The translations under genes were made by a program, and so were the position numbers. The notes below the pieces were generated by a model. That model saw only the letters and a program-made list of their open reading frames with translations. It had not been told where the DNA came from and ran no database searches. From assembly GCA_964452495.1 (NCBI GenBank), contig CAYVMC010000008.1:10732-74731 (forward strand): 64,000 bases of DNA, written 5' to 3'. Each line of letters begins with the position of its first letter. Within the stretch, counting starts at the first letter, position 1. The DNA comes from an uncultured Muribaculaceae bacterium. GTDB lineage: Bacteria; Cyanobacteriota; Vampirovibrionia; Gastranaerophilales; Gastranaerophilaceae. Shown piece by piece: positions 30,924 through 40,906 of the stretch.

Positions 30924-32066
30924 TTGCACAATTTTATATTAAGAGAATTGAATAATATTAATGCGCAGGAAGAGTTGGCAGAGATAGGCTATGACTCTTC
31001 TTACGTATTACAGTCCTTGCCAAAATTAGCTTTTAAACTGGTTAAAGTTTATGCACTTTCACCTGCACAGGCAAATATCCTTAAACAAACTGCAATTTCT
31101 GTCGGGGCGGACTGCATGACTCACAGGGATGTTATTACGGGCAAAATAGAGAAGTCCGATGCAATAATTACTGCAACAGTTTCAGAATTAAAGAAAATCG
31201 CTCAAAAACTTGTCTTTCAGCCTTTCGGTTTAAAAGTTCTTGCAGAGAAAATCCTTGGTATATGTGAAGAAAATAATTGTTTATGGACTAAAATTATAGG
31301 TATTTTAAATATTACTGATAATTCTTTTTCGGATGGCGGAAAATATCTTAATATAGAAGATGCAAAAAAACATGTTATTAATCTGATTGAAGATGGTGCT
31401 GATGGTATTGATATAGGGGCGGAATCAACAAAACCGTACTCATCTCCTGTTGATGCTAATACGCAGTTACAGAGAATTATACCTGTACTTGATTTTCTGG
31501 AAAAAGAAAATATACATATACCTGTAAGTATTGATACCCGTTCGGCAAAAGTGGCAGAAGAAGTGTTAAAGCGTGGAAATTATATAATTAATGATGTTTC
31601 AGGATTTGATTATGATAAAAGCATGTCTGATATTATTGCAAAATATAATGCAACAGTGGTATTACAACACTCTCAGGGGAGACCTGAAAATATGCAGGAT
31701 AAACCGGAGTACAATAATGTTGTAGAGGATATTTACCTTGCTCTTGAAAAGAAGGTTTCATTTGCTCATTCTAGGGGGATAGAAAATATTATAATTGATC
31801 CGGGTATCGGGTTTGGAAAGACAAAAGCAGATAATCTTGAGATATTGGAAAGGATAGAAGATTTTTTCTCAATAAAATGTCCTGTTATGGTTGGGGTATC
31901 CAGAAAAACTTTTCTCGGTAATTCTGACAATACTGATAAAGATGTTTATACTCTTGCTCTTAACAGCAGGCTTATAGAGAAAAAAGTTGATTACCTCAGG
32001 GTACACAATGTAAAGCTTCATAAAGAGTTTATGAACATTTTGCTAAAACAAGATAAAATCGCTTGA
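30924..32066 (+). CDS. folP: dihydropteroate synthase with an approximately 120-aa N-terminal extra domain
   Basis: Core motifs GILNITDNSFSDGG, DIGAESTKP, INDVSG, DPGIGFGKT, GVSRKTF. The TTG start directly abuts the lpxA stop. Confidence 0.85.
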   Translation: MHNFILRELNNINAQEELAEIGYDSSYVLQSLPKLAFKLVKVYALSPAQANILKQTAISVGADCMTHRDVITGKIEKSDAIITATVSELKKIAQKLVFQPFGLKVLAEKILGICEENNCLWTKIIGILNITDNSFSDGGKYLNIEDAKKHVINLIEDGADGIDIGAESTKPYSSPVDANTQLQRIIPVLDFLEKENIHIPVSIDTRSAKVAEEVLKRGNYIINDVSGFDYDKSMSDIIAKYNATVVLQHSQGRPENMQDKPEYNNVVEDIYLALEKKVSFAHSRGIENIIIDPGIGFGKTKADNLEILERIEDFFSIKCPVMVGVSRKTFLGNSDNTDKDVYTLALNSRLIEKKVDYLRVHNVKLHKEFMNILLKQDKIA

Positions 32067-32163
32067 CGATAAAAAATGTTCTTGGTATATTGTAATAGTT
32101 GACAGCTGGGCAGCCGGAATAAATAGCAGGTTGGCTGGTTTGTGTGTAAAAGTTTAATAATAT

Positions 32164-32236
32164 GCGCTTGTAGCTCAGCAGGTAGAGCACTCCCCTTTTA
32201 AGGGATAGGTCGCGCGTTCGAATCGCGCCAAGCGCA
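32164..32236 (+). tRNA. tRNA-Lys (anticodon UUU)
   Basis: Hand-folded: acceptor GCGCTTG/CAAGCGC, D arm GCTC-AGCAGGTA-GAGC, anticodon loop CTTTTAA, T arm GCGCG-TTCGAAT-CGCGC. 73 nt. Confidence 0.9.
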
Positions 32237-32368
32237 TTTTTTATTGTTTAAGCATCTGAAATACTATTGAATTTCAAAGAGATCTTGTCAGTGATTGTAT
32301 AAATATTGAAAATACTTTGACGAATTTTATTGTATGATATAATTTGAGAATAGGGAGAATTAAATAAT

Positions 32369-32701
32369 TTGTATTGTAAAAACTGTGGACAAGAAATTCA
32401 TGATAATGCTGTAATTTGTGTAAATTGCGGAGGGGCAACGGGAAACCCTATACCGGTTACTGGTAGTACAGGTAAAAGTTGGATAGTTGCACTGCTTTTA
32501 TGTTTATTTCTTGGAGGATTTGGCGCCCATAGATTTTATGTTGGTAAAAATGGAACAGGCATTACGATGCTTTTAATAACGATACTGCTCGGGTGGGCTG
32601 GTATCGGGCTGTTTATTTGTGGAATATGGGCATTGATTGACTTTATTATGATTTGTTTTAATACATTTACAACAGCTGATGGACAACCACTAAAAAAATA
32701 G
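32369..32701 (+). CDS. zinc-ribbon plus TM2-domain membrane protein
   Basis: It has N-terminal CKNCG..x..CVNCG, then the TM2 signature LFLGGFGAHRFYVGKNGTGITMLL. It uses a TTG start with a GGGAGA SD. Confidence 0.8.
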   Translation: MYCKNCGQEIHDNAVICVNCGGATGNPIPVTGSTGKSWIVALLLCLFLGGFGAHRFYVGKNGTGITMLLITILLGWAGIGLFICGIWALIDFIMICFNTFTTADGQPLKK

Positions 32702-32704
32702 TAA

Positions 32705-33103
32705 TTAAGTTTTATTTAAATAAGATTTAAAATCAGGTTTTTCAATCTTATATCCGCATCCTTCATGGAGTACTCCATAAAAATGTATAGATTTTGCAGG
32801 ATAGTTTCTGCACATTTTTAAACGTTTTTTGTAAACACTGCACAACCCGTCTTCTGTTACATATTTGCAGGCAAAAATAAGATTTCCAGTGTCATCTTTT
32901 CCTTTTATATAAAACCTTTTGTATGCCGGAAAAAGAAACTGCATTATTTTGAAGTCTGTAGGAGAATATTTATCAACACTGTACATATATCTGCAGCATT
33001 TACCACACTTTTTGCATTCTCCCGTTATTTGGTATTTTATTCTTTCTGAAACGAAGTATGATAAAAACTCATTTTTTATAGTAATAAGTGTATCAAAAAT
33101 CAT
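32705..33103 (-). CDS. YkgJ-family cysteine-cluster (CxxCxxCC) protein
   Basis: 132 aa with the CKKCGKCCRY motif plus downstream Cys residues, typical of the UPF0153/YkgJ family. Confidence 0.75.
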   Translation of the reverse strand: MIFDTLITIKNEFLSYFVSERIKYQITGECKKCGKCCRYMYSVDKYSPTDFKIMQFLFPAYKRFYIKGKDDTGNLIFACKYVTEDGLCSVYKKRLKMCRNYPAKSIHFYGVLHEGCGYKIEKPDFKSYLNKT

Positions 33104-33169
33104 TAAAAAACTACCTACTTTTTTTTTATCTGTTAAAATAATATCATATAAACGATGTAAGAGGATATA

Positions 33170-35398
33170 ATGTATAAAATTCCAAAGAATAAAAAGGGCA
33201 GGAGAAAAGCTCCTAATCTTATATTGTCGATAATAATAAAACTTGTAGTGGTTTTCATATCAATTATTCTTGCAGGATTAATTGTTTTGAAAGTTTACTT
33301 AATGACACTTCCTCCGATAAGTAAGCTTGAAAGTTTAACACCAAATATGGTTACACAGATATATTCAGATGATGGTGTGATGATAAAAACCTTTACGGCT
33401 TTTTCTGCTTCAAAAACATCACTTAATGATGTACCAAAAACTTTAGTGCAAGCCCTTATTGCAACTGAAGACAAACATTTTTATTCTCACCCGGGGTATG
33501 ATTTAATTGGGCTTACTCGCTCTATGGTTGCAAATGTGTATGCAGGAAAAGTTGTTCAGGGTGCAAGTACTTTAACACAGCAGCTTTCACGCATGTTATT
33601 TTTGAATAATGAAAAAACTTTAACCAGAAAAATTAAAGAAATTAAAATAGCTGCACAGATAGAAAAAACAATTGATAAAGATAAAATTCTTGAGCTTTAT
33701 TTGAATAATGTTTACTTAGGTTCAGGTGCATACGGGGTTGAGGCAGCAGCAAAAGTATATTTCAATAAAGAACTTAACCAATTAACATTACCTGAAATGG
33801 CATTAATTGCAGGACTTCCGCAGGCGCCGTCCGTTTATTCCCCATTTAATAACAAAGAACTAGCAAAACAAAGACGAAACCAGGTTCTTGGTAGAATGTA
33901 CAAAATGAAATATATTGATAAAGATACATATAATGCTGCAAAAGAAGCTCCTATAACCTTATCTGCATTGCCGTCATTGTATGCACTTAACAAAGCTCCT
34001 TATTTTTGTGATTATGTAATGAAAGAATTAGAAAAACTGGGGTTCACGGAAGAAGATATTTCAACAGGCGGGTATAAGATTACAACCACACTTGATTATA
34101 AAACCCAGATAAAAACCAATGAAGCGATAATGAAGAATATGAATGCCTGGGGGCTTAAATCTGATAAAAATCAGGCTGCAGCATTTGTGTTCTCTCCGAT
34201 AGATGGTAGAATTTTAGCTTACGTAGGCGGGAAAGATTATACAAAATCACAATATGACCGTATAACACAGTCTCTTCGTCCGAGCGGGTCTGCTTTTAAG
34301 CCGTTTATATATACAGCGGGTATTGAAAAAGGATATGGGCCTAATGACAGATTAGATGATTTACCGTTTAAAGTAGGAAACTGGATTCCGAGAAATTACG
34401 GTAATAAATACAGAGGAGCCATCCCTATTTACACGGCTTTGATGATTTCTTCAAATGTTTGTGCTGCAAGGATGATGGATATTGTAGGTGTTAAAAGTGT
34501 AATTCAGTTGTCAAGAATGATGGGAATTACAACTCCTATGCCTTATGATTACACCATTGCATTAGGTTCGCACAGTGTAAAATTATTTGAAATGACACGT
34601 GCTTATGGTGTATTTGCTAACGGCGGATATAAAGTAGAACCTTATGCTATTGAAAAAATTGAAACATCTCTCGGGAAAGTTATATATGAAGCACCGAGAA
34701 CAAAGTCTGCAAAAGTGCTTGATTATGATACTGTTGCGACAATGACTGCAATGTTAAAAACAGTAATTCAATCTGGAACCGGTACTGCTGCCAATATCGG
34801 GAAACCTGCGGCAGGAAAAACTGGTACAACGGATGATTACAAAGATGCATATTTTATTGGTTACACTCCTGATATTGTATGTGGAGTTTGGGTAGGTAAT
34901 GATGATAATTCCCGTGGTTCTCTTACAGGAGGTACTGTTCCGGCTTTGATATGGAAAGATATTATGCTAATAGCAACAGAACCTTATGGTGAGCATGACT
35001 TTGATTATCCGCCTATTACACTTGATTCCTTTAGGGCAGAATCCGTAAAAATAATTGCTCCAAGTGATGCAAAGAAAGCTTTTGATAAAAAGGAGGATGC
35101 AAAAAAATTACAGGCTCCGCAAATTGATTTGCCTAAAATGGATGTTCCTAAAATAAATATCACACTGCCAGGCTTAAAACGTAATCAAATACAGGAATTA
35201 CCACAGCCCAAAATACTGATTCAGCCTCCATTAATACAACAAACGACTGATAAGGCGCCAGTTCCTGTTAAGCAAAATAATACAATTACTTTAACTGCTC
35301 CGGGGGAAAAAGAAAATTCAGAGGTTATTAATTCCAATGCTCCTGCTGAAGCAAGCCCGCAGTCAAGTTCGCAACCAGTAAATAACAATATGGAGTAA
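33170..35398 (+). CDS. class A penicillin-binding protein (PBP1A; transglycosylase/transpeptidase)
   Basis: It has an N-terminal TM anchor, GT51 motifs EDKHFYSHPGYD, GASTLTQQL and RKIKE, and transpeptidase motifs SGSAFKP (SxxK), SSN and KTGTT. The tail is Pro/Gln-rich. Confidence 0.9.
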   Translation: MYKIPKNKKGRRKAPNLILSIIIKLVVVFISIILAGLIVLKVYLMTLPPISKLESLTPNMVTQIYSDDGVMIKTFTAFSASKTSLNDVPKTLVQALIATEDKHFYSHPGYDLIGLTRSMVANVYAGKVVQGASTLTQQLSRMLFLNNEKTLTRKIKEIKIAAQIEKTIDKDKILELYLNNVYLGSGAYGVEAAAKVYFNKELNQLTLPEMALIAGLPQAPSVYSPFNNKELAKQRRNQVLGRMYKMKYIDKDTYNAAKEAPITLSALPSLYALNKAPYFCDYVMKELEKLGFTEEDISTGGYKITTTLDYKTQIKTNEAIMKNMNAWGLKSDKNQAAAFVFSPIDGRILAYVGGKDYTKSQYDRITQSLRPSGSAFKPFIYTAGIEKGYGPNDRLDDLPFKVGNWIPRNYGNKYRGAIPIYTALMISSNVCAARMMDIVGVKSVIQLSRMMGITTPMPYDYTIALGSHSVKLFEMTRAYGVFANGGYKVEPYAIEKIETSLGKVIYEAPRTKSAKVLDYDTVATMTAMLKTVIQSGTGTAANIGKPAAGKTGTTDDYKDAYFIGYTPDIVCGVWVGNDDNSRGSLTGGTVPALIWKDIMLIATEPYGEHDFDYPPITLDSFRAESVKIIAPSDAKKAFDKKEDAKKLQAPQIDLPKMDVPKINITLPGLKRNQIQELPQPKILIQPPLIQQTTDKAPVPVKQNNTITLTAPGEKENSEVINSNAPAEASPQSSSQPVNNNME

Positions 35399-35403
35399 GA
35401 TTA

Positions 35404-36303
35404 ATGAGTAACCAGAAATTAGAATTAATAAGAGAACTTTCATCAGGTATAAATAAACATCAGAGCGCAAAACTTTACAAATCAGAAAATATGATTGAAT
35501 ATGAGTCGAATTTTGAACTTTCGTATTCTGATATAAAGAGTGTAACTCTAGCATTGTCGGTTGTTTCGGAATTTTTTGATGTAAAGGCTGTTGTATCTGC
35601 AAGAAATGCTCATATTTATGGAGTTGCACTTGCATCTGGTTTACTGGAAGCATTAACCAAAGTTATTGATTCAAATCCGATTGATGTTCAAAATTCTGTC
35701 ATTGCTGCAAGCGAAAAGATTGATACGGATTTTGTAAAAATGCTTACCTCTGGTAATATTGTTGTGGCACCGGGTTTTACTTCTGGAGCTATAGAATATT
35801 TAAAATTGCATGATATAAGGTATATTGTAATAAAAACTCCCTTATCAGAATATAAAAATTTTACGGCAGATAAAGTAACCGTAACACCTTTTGGAACGCT
35901 GGTAGAAGAACCAAATAGAAAAGAACTTTCAAAAGATACTTTTAAGGTTGCTACTCAGGCAAAACCGACAGTAGAACAGATTGAAGATGCTGTATTTGCT
36001 TGGAAGATTGTTAAATATGCAAAATCTAATGCTATTGTTATATCAAAAGAATTTAAAACAACAGCTATAATTCAAGGTGTGCATAGTTCAGCTGTAGAAT
36101 TGGCTCTGGATTATTCCTGCGATAGTTCTAAGGATGCTGTTATGGCTGTTGATGGTTATTTAACATTACATGATATAGAAGTTGCTGCACAGGGACGTAT
36201 TTCAGTCATAATCCTTCCATTTGCAACTCCAGATTTGATAAAACTTTGTAATAAATATAATATAGTGCTTCTTTCTACAGGTTTTACCAATAACCTTGAC
36301 TAA
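35404..36303 (+). CDS. PurH (AICAR transformylase domain)-like protein, probably non-catalytic
   Basis: It is colinear with the C-terminal two thirds of PurH (AVFAWKIVKYAKSNAIVISK versus [20 protein letters not shown] in E. coli as I recall it). KHANPCG is replaced by ARNAHIYG, and no MGS/IMPCH domain is present. It starts 5 nt after PBP1A. Confidence 0.7.
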   Translation: MSNQKLELIRELSSGINKHQSAKLYKSENMIEYESNFELSYSDIKSVTLALSVVSEFFDVKAVVSARNAHIYGVALASGLLEALTKVIDSNPIDVQNSVIAASEKIDTDFVKMLTSGNIVVAPGFTSGAIEYLKLHDIRYIVIKTPLSEYKNFTADKVTVTPFGTLVEEPNRKELSKDTFKVATQAKPTVEQIEDAVFAWKIVKYAKSNAIVISKEFKTTAIIQGVHSSAVELALDYSCDSSKDAVMAVDGYLTLHDIEVAAQGRISVIILPFATPDLIKLCNKYNIVLLSTGFTNNLD

Positions 36304-36491
36304 TAATGCAAAGGTTAAAGACTTAATTAGGATATGCTGCTGTTGAACCAAAATCGTCTTGATAAATGGTGACAAGCGGTAGTAATTTGCTGCAAAAACA
36401 GAATGTTTTAAATAAGGCAAAAATCGGATAAACAGAGAGTTGGAAAAACGGCAGTTGCAGGATTTATACAATAATATAAGATCAGTAATAA

Positions 36492-38786
36492 TTAATTATC
36501 AATATCTATAGGAGAACGTTGTATACTGTCGATTGCTTCTCGTGCGGTAAATACAATATCTTCTGGAATCCCCTGTATAGTACAGAACTGCCTTAGAACA
36601 TCAATAACTCTTTTAAATGCTCTGACTAAATCTCCCTCACTTACATTTGATTGATCAACAATATCATCCCACTCTGCTCCGTTTATCCACATTTCTAGTA
36701 ATGCACAAAAGTATGTATTAATATACATTACATCCTCAATAAAATACTTTTTCTGTGTTTTATCTAGCGCTCTTCTAATATCTTTTATTCTGTTTATGGA
36801 TTTTTTTACCGCACGGGATAATGGAAGGTATGGAATATCCATATTTCGTATATCTTCAGTGGTAATAGCACAGACTACACTTGCAAGCTCCGCTGGTGTT
36901 AATCCATCATAAACATTTTGAAATATAGTTTGAGCGAGGAATAATTCATTTTCTGAACGGAACTGTGAAATCATTATTCCTTGTTCAGTTGGATAATCAT
37001 CTTTTATATATCCGTACTCTTTTAAAACATCTCTGTGTGCAAGAAAAATATTCCAAAAGATATCACGTTTACGTTCAATTTCTTTATTGAGAAGTGCCTG
37101 TTTGTGTTGATATCTTTCAAGTACTTCAATACACTTCATGTGTTTTTTAAACATTTTACACAAGTCGCATGGTGAAGAATGCATTTCGTGCAGAAGTTTT
37201 TTAGTCTGTTTTTCAAATTCATAAAACTCTGAAGATAAATCCCGTTTTTTCTTTTGTTCCTGTTTTCTGATTGTTTTAAGTGTACGTCTATTTGCAACAT
37301 ACATTTCACGAACCTTATTATATCTTATAAGATTATCATTGGTAAGCTTATGGGGACATTTAAAAGATTCGCATTCTTGAATTTTTTCTTCATTTATGTT
37401 CTGTTGAGCAAATAACGGGGAAAGACGTGAACCTGCTGAATAATATCCAAAACTTTTAAGTATAAGTTCTTTTGCTTCTTCTACGGTAAAACGTTGCAGT
37501 AGATTTAGTACCATCGAATAACTTGGGGAAAAACGGCTTTCTAGAGGATTTGCATCACTCAATACAAGTTCTGCAACTTCTTCTGGAGATTGAAAAGGTG
37601 TGCCGACAATTGTAACATACCCTACATCGTCCATTCCGCGGCGTCCTGCCCTGCCTGACATTTGAAGAAATTCACTTGGCGTAAGGGTTCTATGACCTGA
37701 ATCCGTACGTTTGCTTATTGAGCTTATAACAGTTGAACGAGCCGGCATATTAATTCCTGCGGCAAGTGTTTCTGTGGCAAAAACAACTTTAATCAAGCCT
37801 GCTTGAAATAATTTTTCAACAAGGATTTTCCAACCGGGCAGGAGTCCTGCATGATGGGATGCGACACCTGATAAAAGATAGTCAATATGTTTGTTTTTGT
37901 ATAGATAAGGATTTTCTGCGATATAATTATCAATAATTTCTCTTATTTTTTTTTGCTCATCCGGTGTTACAAGTGAAAGAGAGATACATTTTTCCATCTG
38001 TTCGTCACATTTTTTTCTTGAAAAAGTAAAGTAGATTGCAGGAAGCATATCCCGTTCGTGCAGATTTCTTATAACATCTTTTACAACACTTCTTTGTGTT
38101 ATTTTGCCATGTTTGAAATTCTTTTTTTCAGGTTTTATTTTTTTGTTTAAACCACCGCCAGGCGCAAATAACGGTAAAATTTTATCAGGCTGGGAGGAAT
38201 CAAAGTAAAAGAATTTTAATGGTACGGGACGAAAATCTGTATTAACCAGTTCTGTTTTTGAATGAACTGTATTAATCCATCCTGTTAATTCATCTGCGTT
38301 AGCAACTGTTGCAGAGAGTGCGATGATTTGGACGTTTGTTGGACAATATATGATACTTTCCTCCCAAACGGTTCCACGCTGCTCGTCATTCATATAATGA
38401 ACTTCATCCAGTACAATATATTTGACATCCTTAAGGTTGTCGGTAACAGAGCCGAAGTTTGTACCATACAACATATTACGGAATACTTCTGTTGTCATAA
38501 CAACTATTTGTGCTCCACGGTTGCAAGAAGTGTCTCCTGTCAAAAGACCAACTTTATCTGTACCGAATTTTTCGGCAAAATCACTATATTTTTGGTTTGA
38601 TAGTGCTTTTAAAGGTGTTGTATAAAATACCCTTTTCCCTTCTTCTATGGCACAATGAATGGCGTGTTCAGCAATAACTGTCTTACCTGCTCCTGTAGGG
38701 GCGCATACAACCACGCTCTCGCCGTTTGATATATAATCACAAGCTTGTTTTTGGAAATCATCCAACTCAAAGGGAAAATTGTACAT
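36492..38786 (-). CDS. Ski2/HelY-like DEVH-box superfamily 2 helicase
   Basis: 764 aa with motif I APTGAGKT, II DEVH, III SAT, VI QMSGRAGRRG, and a C-terminal region resembling the DSHCT domain. Confidence 0.85.
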   Translation of the reverse strand: MYNFPFELDDFQKQACDYISNGESVVVCAPTGAGKTVIAEHAIHCAIEEGKRVFYTTPLKALSNQKYSDFAEKFGTDKVGLLTGDTSCNRGAQIVVMTTEVFRNMLYGTNFGSVTDNLKDVKYIVLDEVHYMNDEQRGTVWEESIIYCPTNVQIIALSATVANADELTGWINTVHSKTELVNTDFRPVPLKFFYFDSSQPDKILPLFAPGGGLNKKIKPEKKNFKHGKITQRSVVKDVIRNLHERDMLPAIYFTFSRKKCDEQMEKCISLSLVTPDEQKKIREIIDNYIAENPYLYKNKHIDYLLSGVASHHAGLLPGWKILVEKLFQAGLIKVVFATETLAAGINMPARSTVISSISKRTDSGHRTLTPSEFLQMSGRAGRRGMDDVGYVTIVGTPFQSPEEVAELVLSDANPLESRFSPSYSMVLNLLQRFTVEEAKELILKSFGYYSAGSRLSPLFAQQNINEEKIQECESFKCPHKLTNDNLIRYNKVREMYVANRRTLKTIRKQEQKKKRDLSSEFYEFEKQTKKLLHEMHSSPCDLCKMFKKHMKCIEVLERYQHKQALLNKEIERKRDIFWNIFLAHRDVLKEYGYIKDDYPTEQGIMISQFRSENELFLAQTIFQNVYDGLTPAELASVVCAITTEDIRNMDIPYLPLSRAVKKSINRIKDIRRALDKTQKKYFIEDVMYINTYFCALLEMWINGAEWDDIVDQSNVSEGDLVRAFKRVIDVLRQFCTIQGIPEDIVFTAREAIDSIQRSPIDIDN

Positions 38787-39049
38787 ACAAACTCCTATTC
38801 TTGTATTTTATTATACACAAAGAGCTTGTATAAGTATATATAAAGCTTAAATTTTTAGTATGATATCACAAATTATTATAAAATAGTCTAAATAGTATAA
38901 TTTTTATTTCAGGTAAATATTATTTAAGAGCTTATTTGTAATGTATAGTTTTTCCTCCAGGAAAATTTTTTCTAATACTACAAATATATGATACAAATAT
39001 ATGATGTAAGCATTTAAAATAATAGTAAAAGGAATATAGTGGAGAAGTT

Positions 39050-39820
39050 ATGGATATTTTTGCAATAATAGGCTTATTTATGGGGATAGGGTTTATCCTT
39101 ACCGGACAGGCACTTGAGGGTGGTAATATAGGTCAATTGATTCAGGTTACCGCTGCATTCATCGTAATCGGCGGAACTTCTGGTGCCGTATTCTTAAGTT
39201 TTCCTATTCCTGTTCTTAAGGATGCAATGATGTCGATAAAGGATATTTTTATTCCGCCTGTTATAGATTTGACGGCTCTTATTGCCGAAATTGGACGATT
39301 TGCAACAAAAGCAAGAAAAGAAGGTATTATTGCTTTAGAAAAGGAAGCTGCACTGGCGTCTGATCCTTTGTTAACTCTAGGTCTGGAAGCTGTTGCTGAT
39401 GGTACGGATCCTGCGCTAGTACGTGAGATTATGGAAAATCAAATAGAACAGCTAGAAAATAAAGTAGCTACTTCTGCAAAAGTATTTGAGTCATTTGGTG
39501 GTTACTCTCCAACTCTTGGTATTATCGGGGCTGTACTCGGTCTAATACAGGTTATGCAAAATCTTTCCGACCCCTCAAAGCTAGGTGCCGGTATTGCGGT
39601 AGCATTTGTTGCAACGATATATGGTTTGTTTGCGGCAAACCTTGTTATGCTGCCATTTGCAAGCCGTTTAAGGTGTAATTATGCAAAAGTTTTTCTTGCA
39701 AAAACTATAATTTGTGAAGGAATATTATCTATTCAGGCAGGAGAATCACCTGCTCTTATTGAACGTAAATTGCAGTCATTTATTCTTGATGATAAATCTT
39801 CTGCATCTAAGAAAGGTTAA
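39050..39820 (+). CDS. motA: flagellar stator protein MotA
   Basis: 256 aa, four TM segments, with the conserved C-terminal plug region SPTLGIIGAVLGLI and AFVATIYGLFAAN. motB follows 2 nt downstream. Confidence 0.85.
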   Translation: MDIFAIIGLFMGIGFILTGQALEGGNIGQLIQVTAAFIVIGGTSGAVFLSFPIPVLKDAMMSIKDIFIPPVIDLTALIAEIGRFATKARKEGIIALEKEAALASDPLLTLGLEAVADGTDPALVREIMENQIEQLENKVATSAKVFESFGGYSPTLGIIGAVLGLIQVMQNLSDPSKLGAGIAVAFVATIYGLFAANLVMLPFASRLRCNYAKVFLAKTIICEGILSIQAGESPALIERKLQSFILDDKSSASKKG

Positions 39821-39822
39821 GA

Positions 39823-40899
39823 ATGCCTAAGAAGAAAAAAGAAGAACCACATGAAAATCTTGAACGCTGGCTTGTTTCGTACGGTGACTTTATTACCTTA
39901 CTGTTTGCAACGTTTGTTGTTTTATATGCTCTTTCGCAGGTAGATATTGCTGATTTTACAAAATTTGAAGAATCTATAAGAAAAGCTTTTGAGGCTAATG
40001 CTCTTTTAACTGGTCAAGAAAGTATATTAGAAAGCAATGATAAGTTTTTTGACGAAACGACTATGGCAAATTCATTTATTCCAAGTCTTATGTTTGAATA
40101 TATGAATGCAAAATATGAAGACAATTCTTTTCAGGAAATAGAAAAAATAGTTAATCAACTTGTTAAAAATAAGGAATTAGATGGCGTATCTGCAAAAATG
40201 ACAGAACGCGGGCTTCTTTTAACATTTGATGAGCAATATTTGTTTCCCTCCGGATCAGCGGAATTAAGTCCGTCTGCAAAGCTTATGCTTGATAGAGTAG
40301 GTGTTCTTGTGTATGAAAAATTTATGTTGCATAATATGCGTATTGAAGGTCATACAGATAGTACTCCAATTGCAACAAACAAGTATCCATCAAATTGGGA
40401 ACTCTCTGCTGCAAGAGCCTGTTCGGTTGTTAGGTATTTAATAGGGCGGTTTAAGTTTTTTCCGCAGTTATTTACTGCTATTGGGTATGCTGATACCAGA
40501 CCAGTGGTAAAAAGCAATGCTCCTGAAGATGCGCAGAAAAATAGAAGAATTGAGATAATGATTCTTAAAAATAAATATAAGGATGCGGAAAAACCAGGAA
40601 TTGATTTAAAGGAAATTCCTATAGATGAGCAAAAACGCCTGCAGGCAGAGCGTGAGAAAATAGTGCGTGATGTACGTCATGCAATAAATATGCAAGATTT
40701 TGATTCTTCACAAAATTATGTTCCCAATAAAACGGAAAACTCTAATATAATAAGATATACAAAACTTCCGCCTAAAGCCGCTGATGAAAAAAATAGGGCT
40801 GTTTATCAAGGGCTTAAAAATGATTTAAAAACAGAAGATGCCATTCCTGTAATAATGCTTGATACTCCTCTCCCATCAGATGAGGATTTTGGTATATAA
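39823..40899 (+). CDS. motB: flagellar stator protein MotB (OmpA-like) with long C-terminal extension
   Basis: The TM segment has the conserved Asp (WLVSYGDFITLLFA). The OmpA-like domain has FPSGSAEL, IEGHTDSTP, NWELSAARA and NRRIEI. About 100 further residues follow the domain. Confidence 0.85.
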   Translation: MPKKKKEEPHENLERWLVSYGDFITLLFATFVVLYALSQVDIADFTKFEESIRKAFEANALLTGQESILESNDKFFDETTMANSFIPSLMFEYMNAKYEDNSFQEIEKIVNQLVKNKELDGVSAKMTERGLLLTFDEQYLFPSGSAELSPSAKLMLDRVGVLVYEKFMLHNMRIEGHTDSTPIATNKYPSNWELSAARACSVVRYLIGRFKFFPQLFTAIGYADTRPVVKSNAPEDAQKNRRIEIMILKNKYKDAEKPGIDLKEIPIDEQKRLQAEREKIVRDVRHAINMQDFDSSQNYVPNKTENSNIIRYTKLPPKAADEKNRAVYQGLKNDLKTEDAIPVIMLDTPLPSDEDFGI

Positions 40900-40906
40900 T
40901 TAATTT

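Noticed and set aside
36202-36471. 89-aa minus-strand ORF between the purH-like and helicase genes
   Set aside because: It overlaps the 3' end of the purH-like gene antisense, and has no SD and atypical composition.
39050-40899. MotA/MotB-like pair as a Zorya-type anti-phage system
   Set aside because: MotA is only 256 aa, whereas ZorA proteins are much longer and have a long C-terminal tail. No ZorC/ZorD-like helicase or nuclease genes follow. The window also encodes flagellin and a FliA-type promoter, so an ordinary flagellar stator is the simpler reading.
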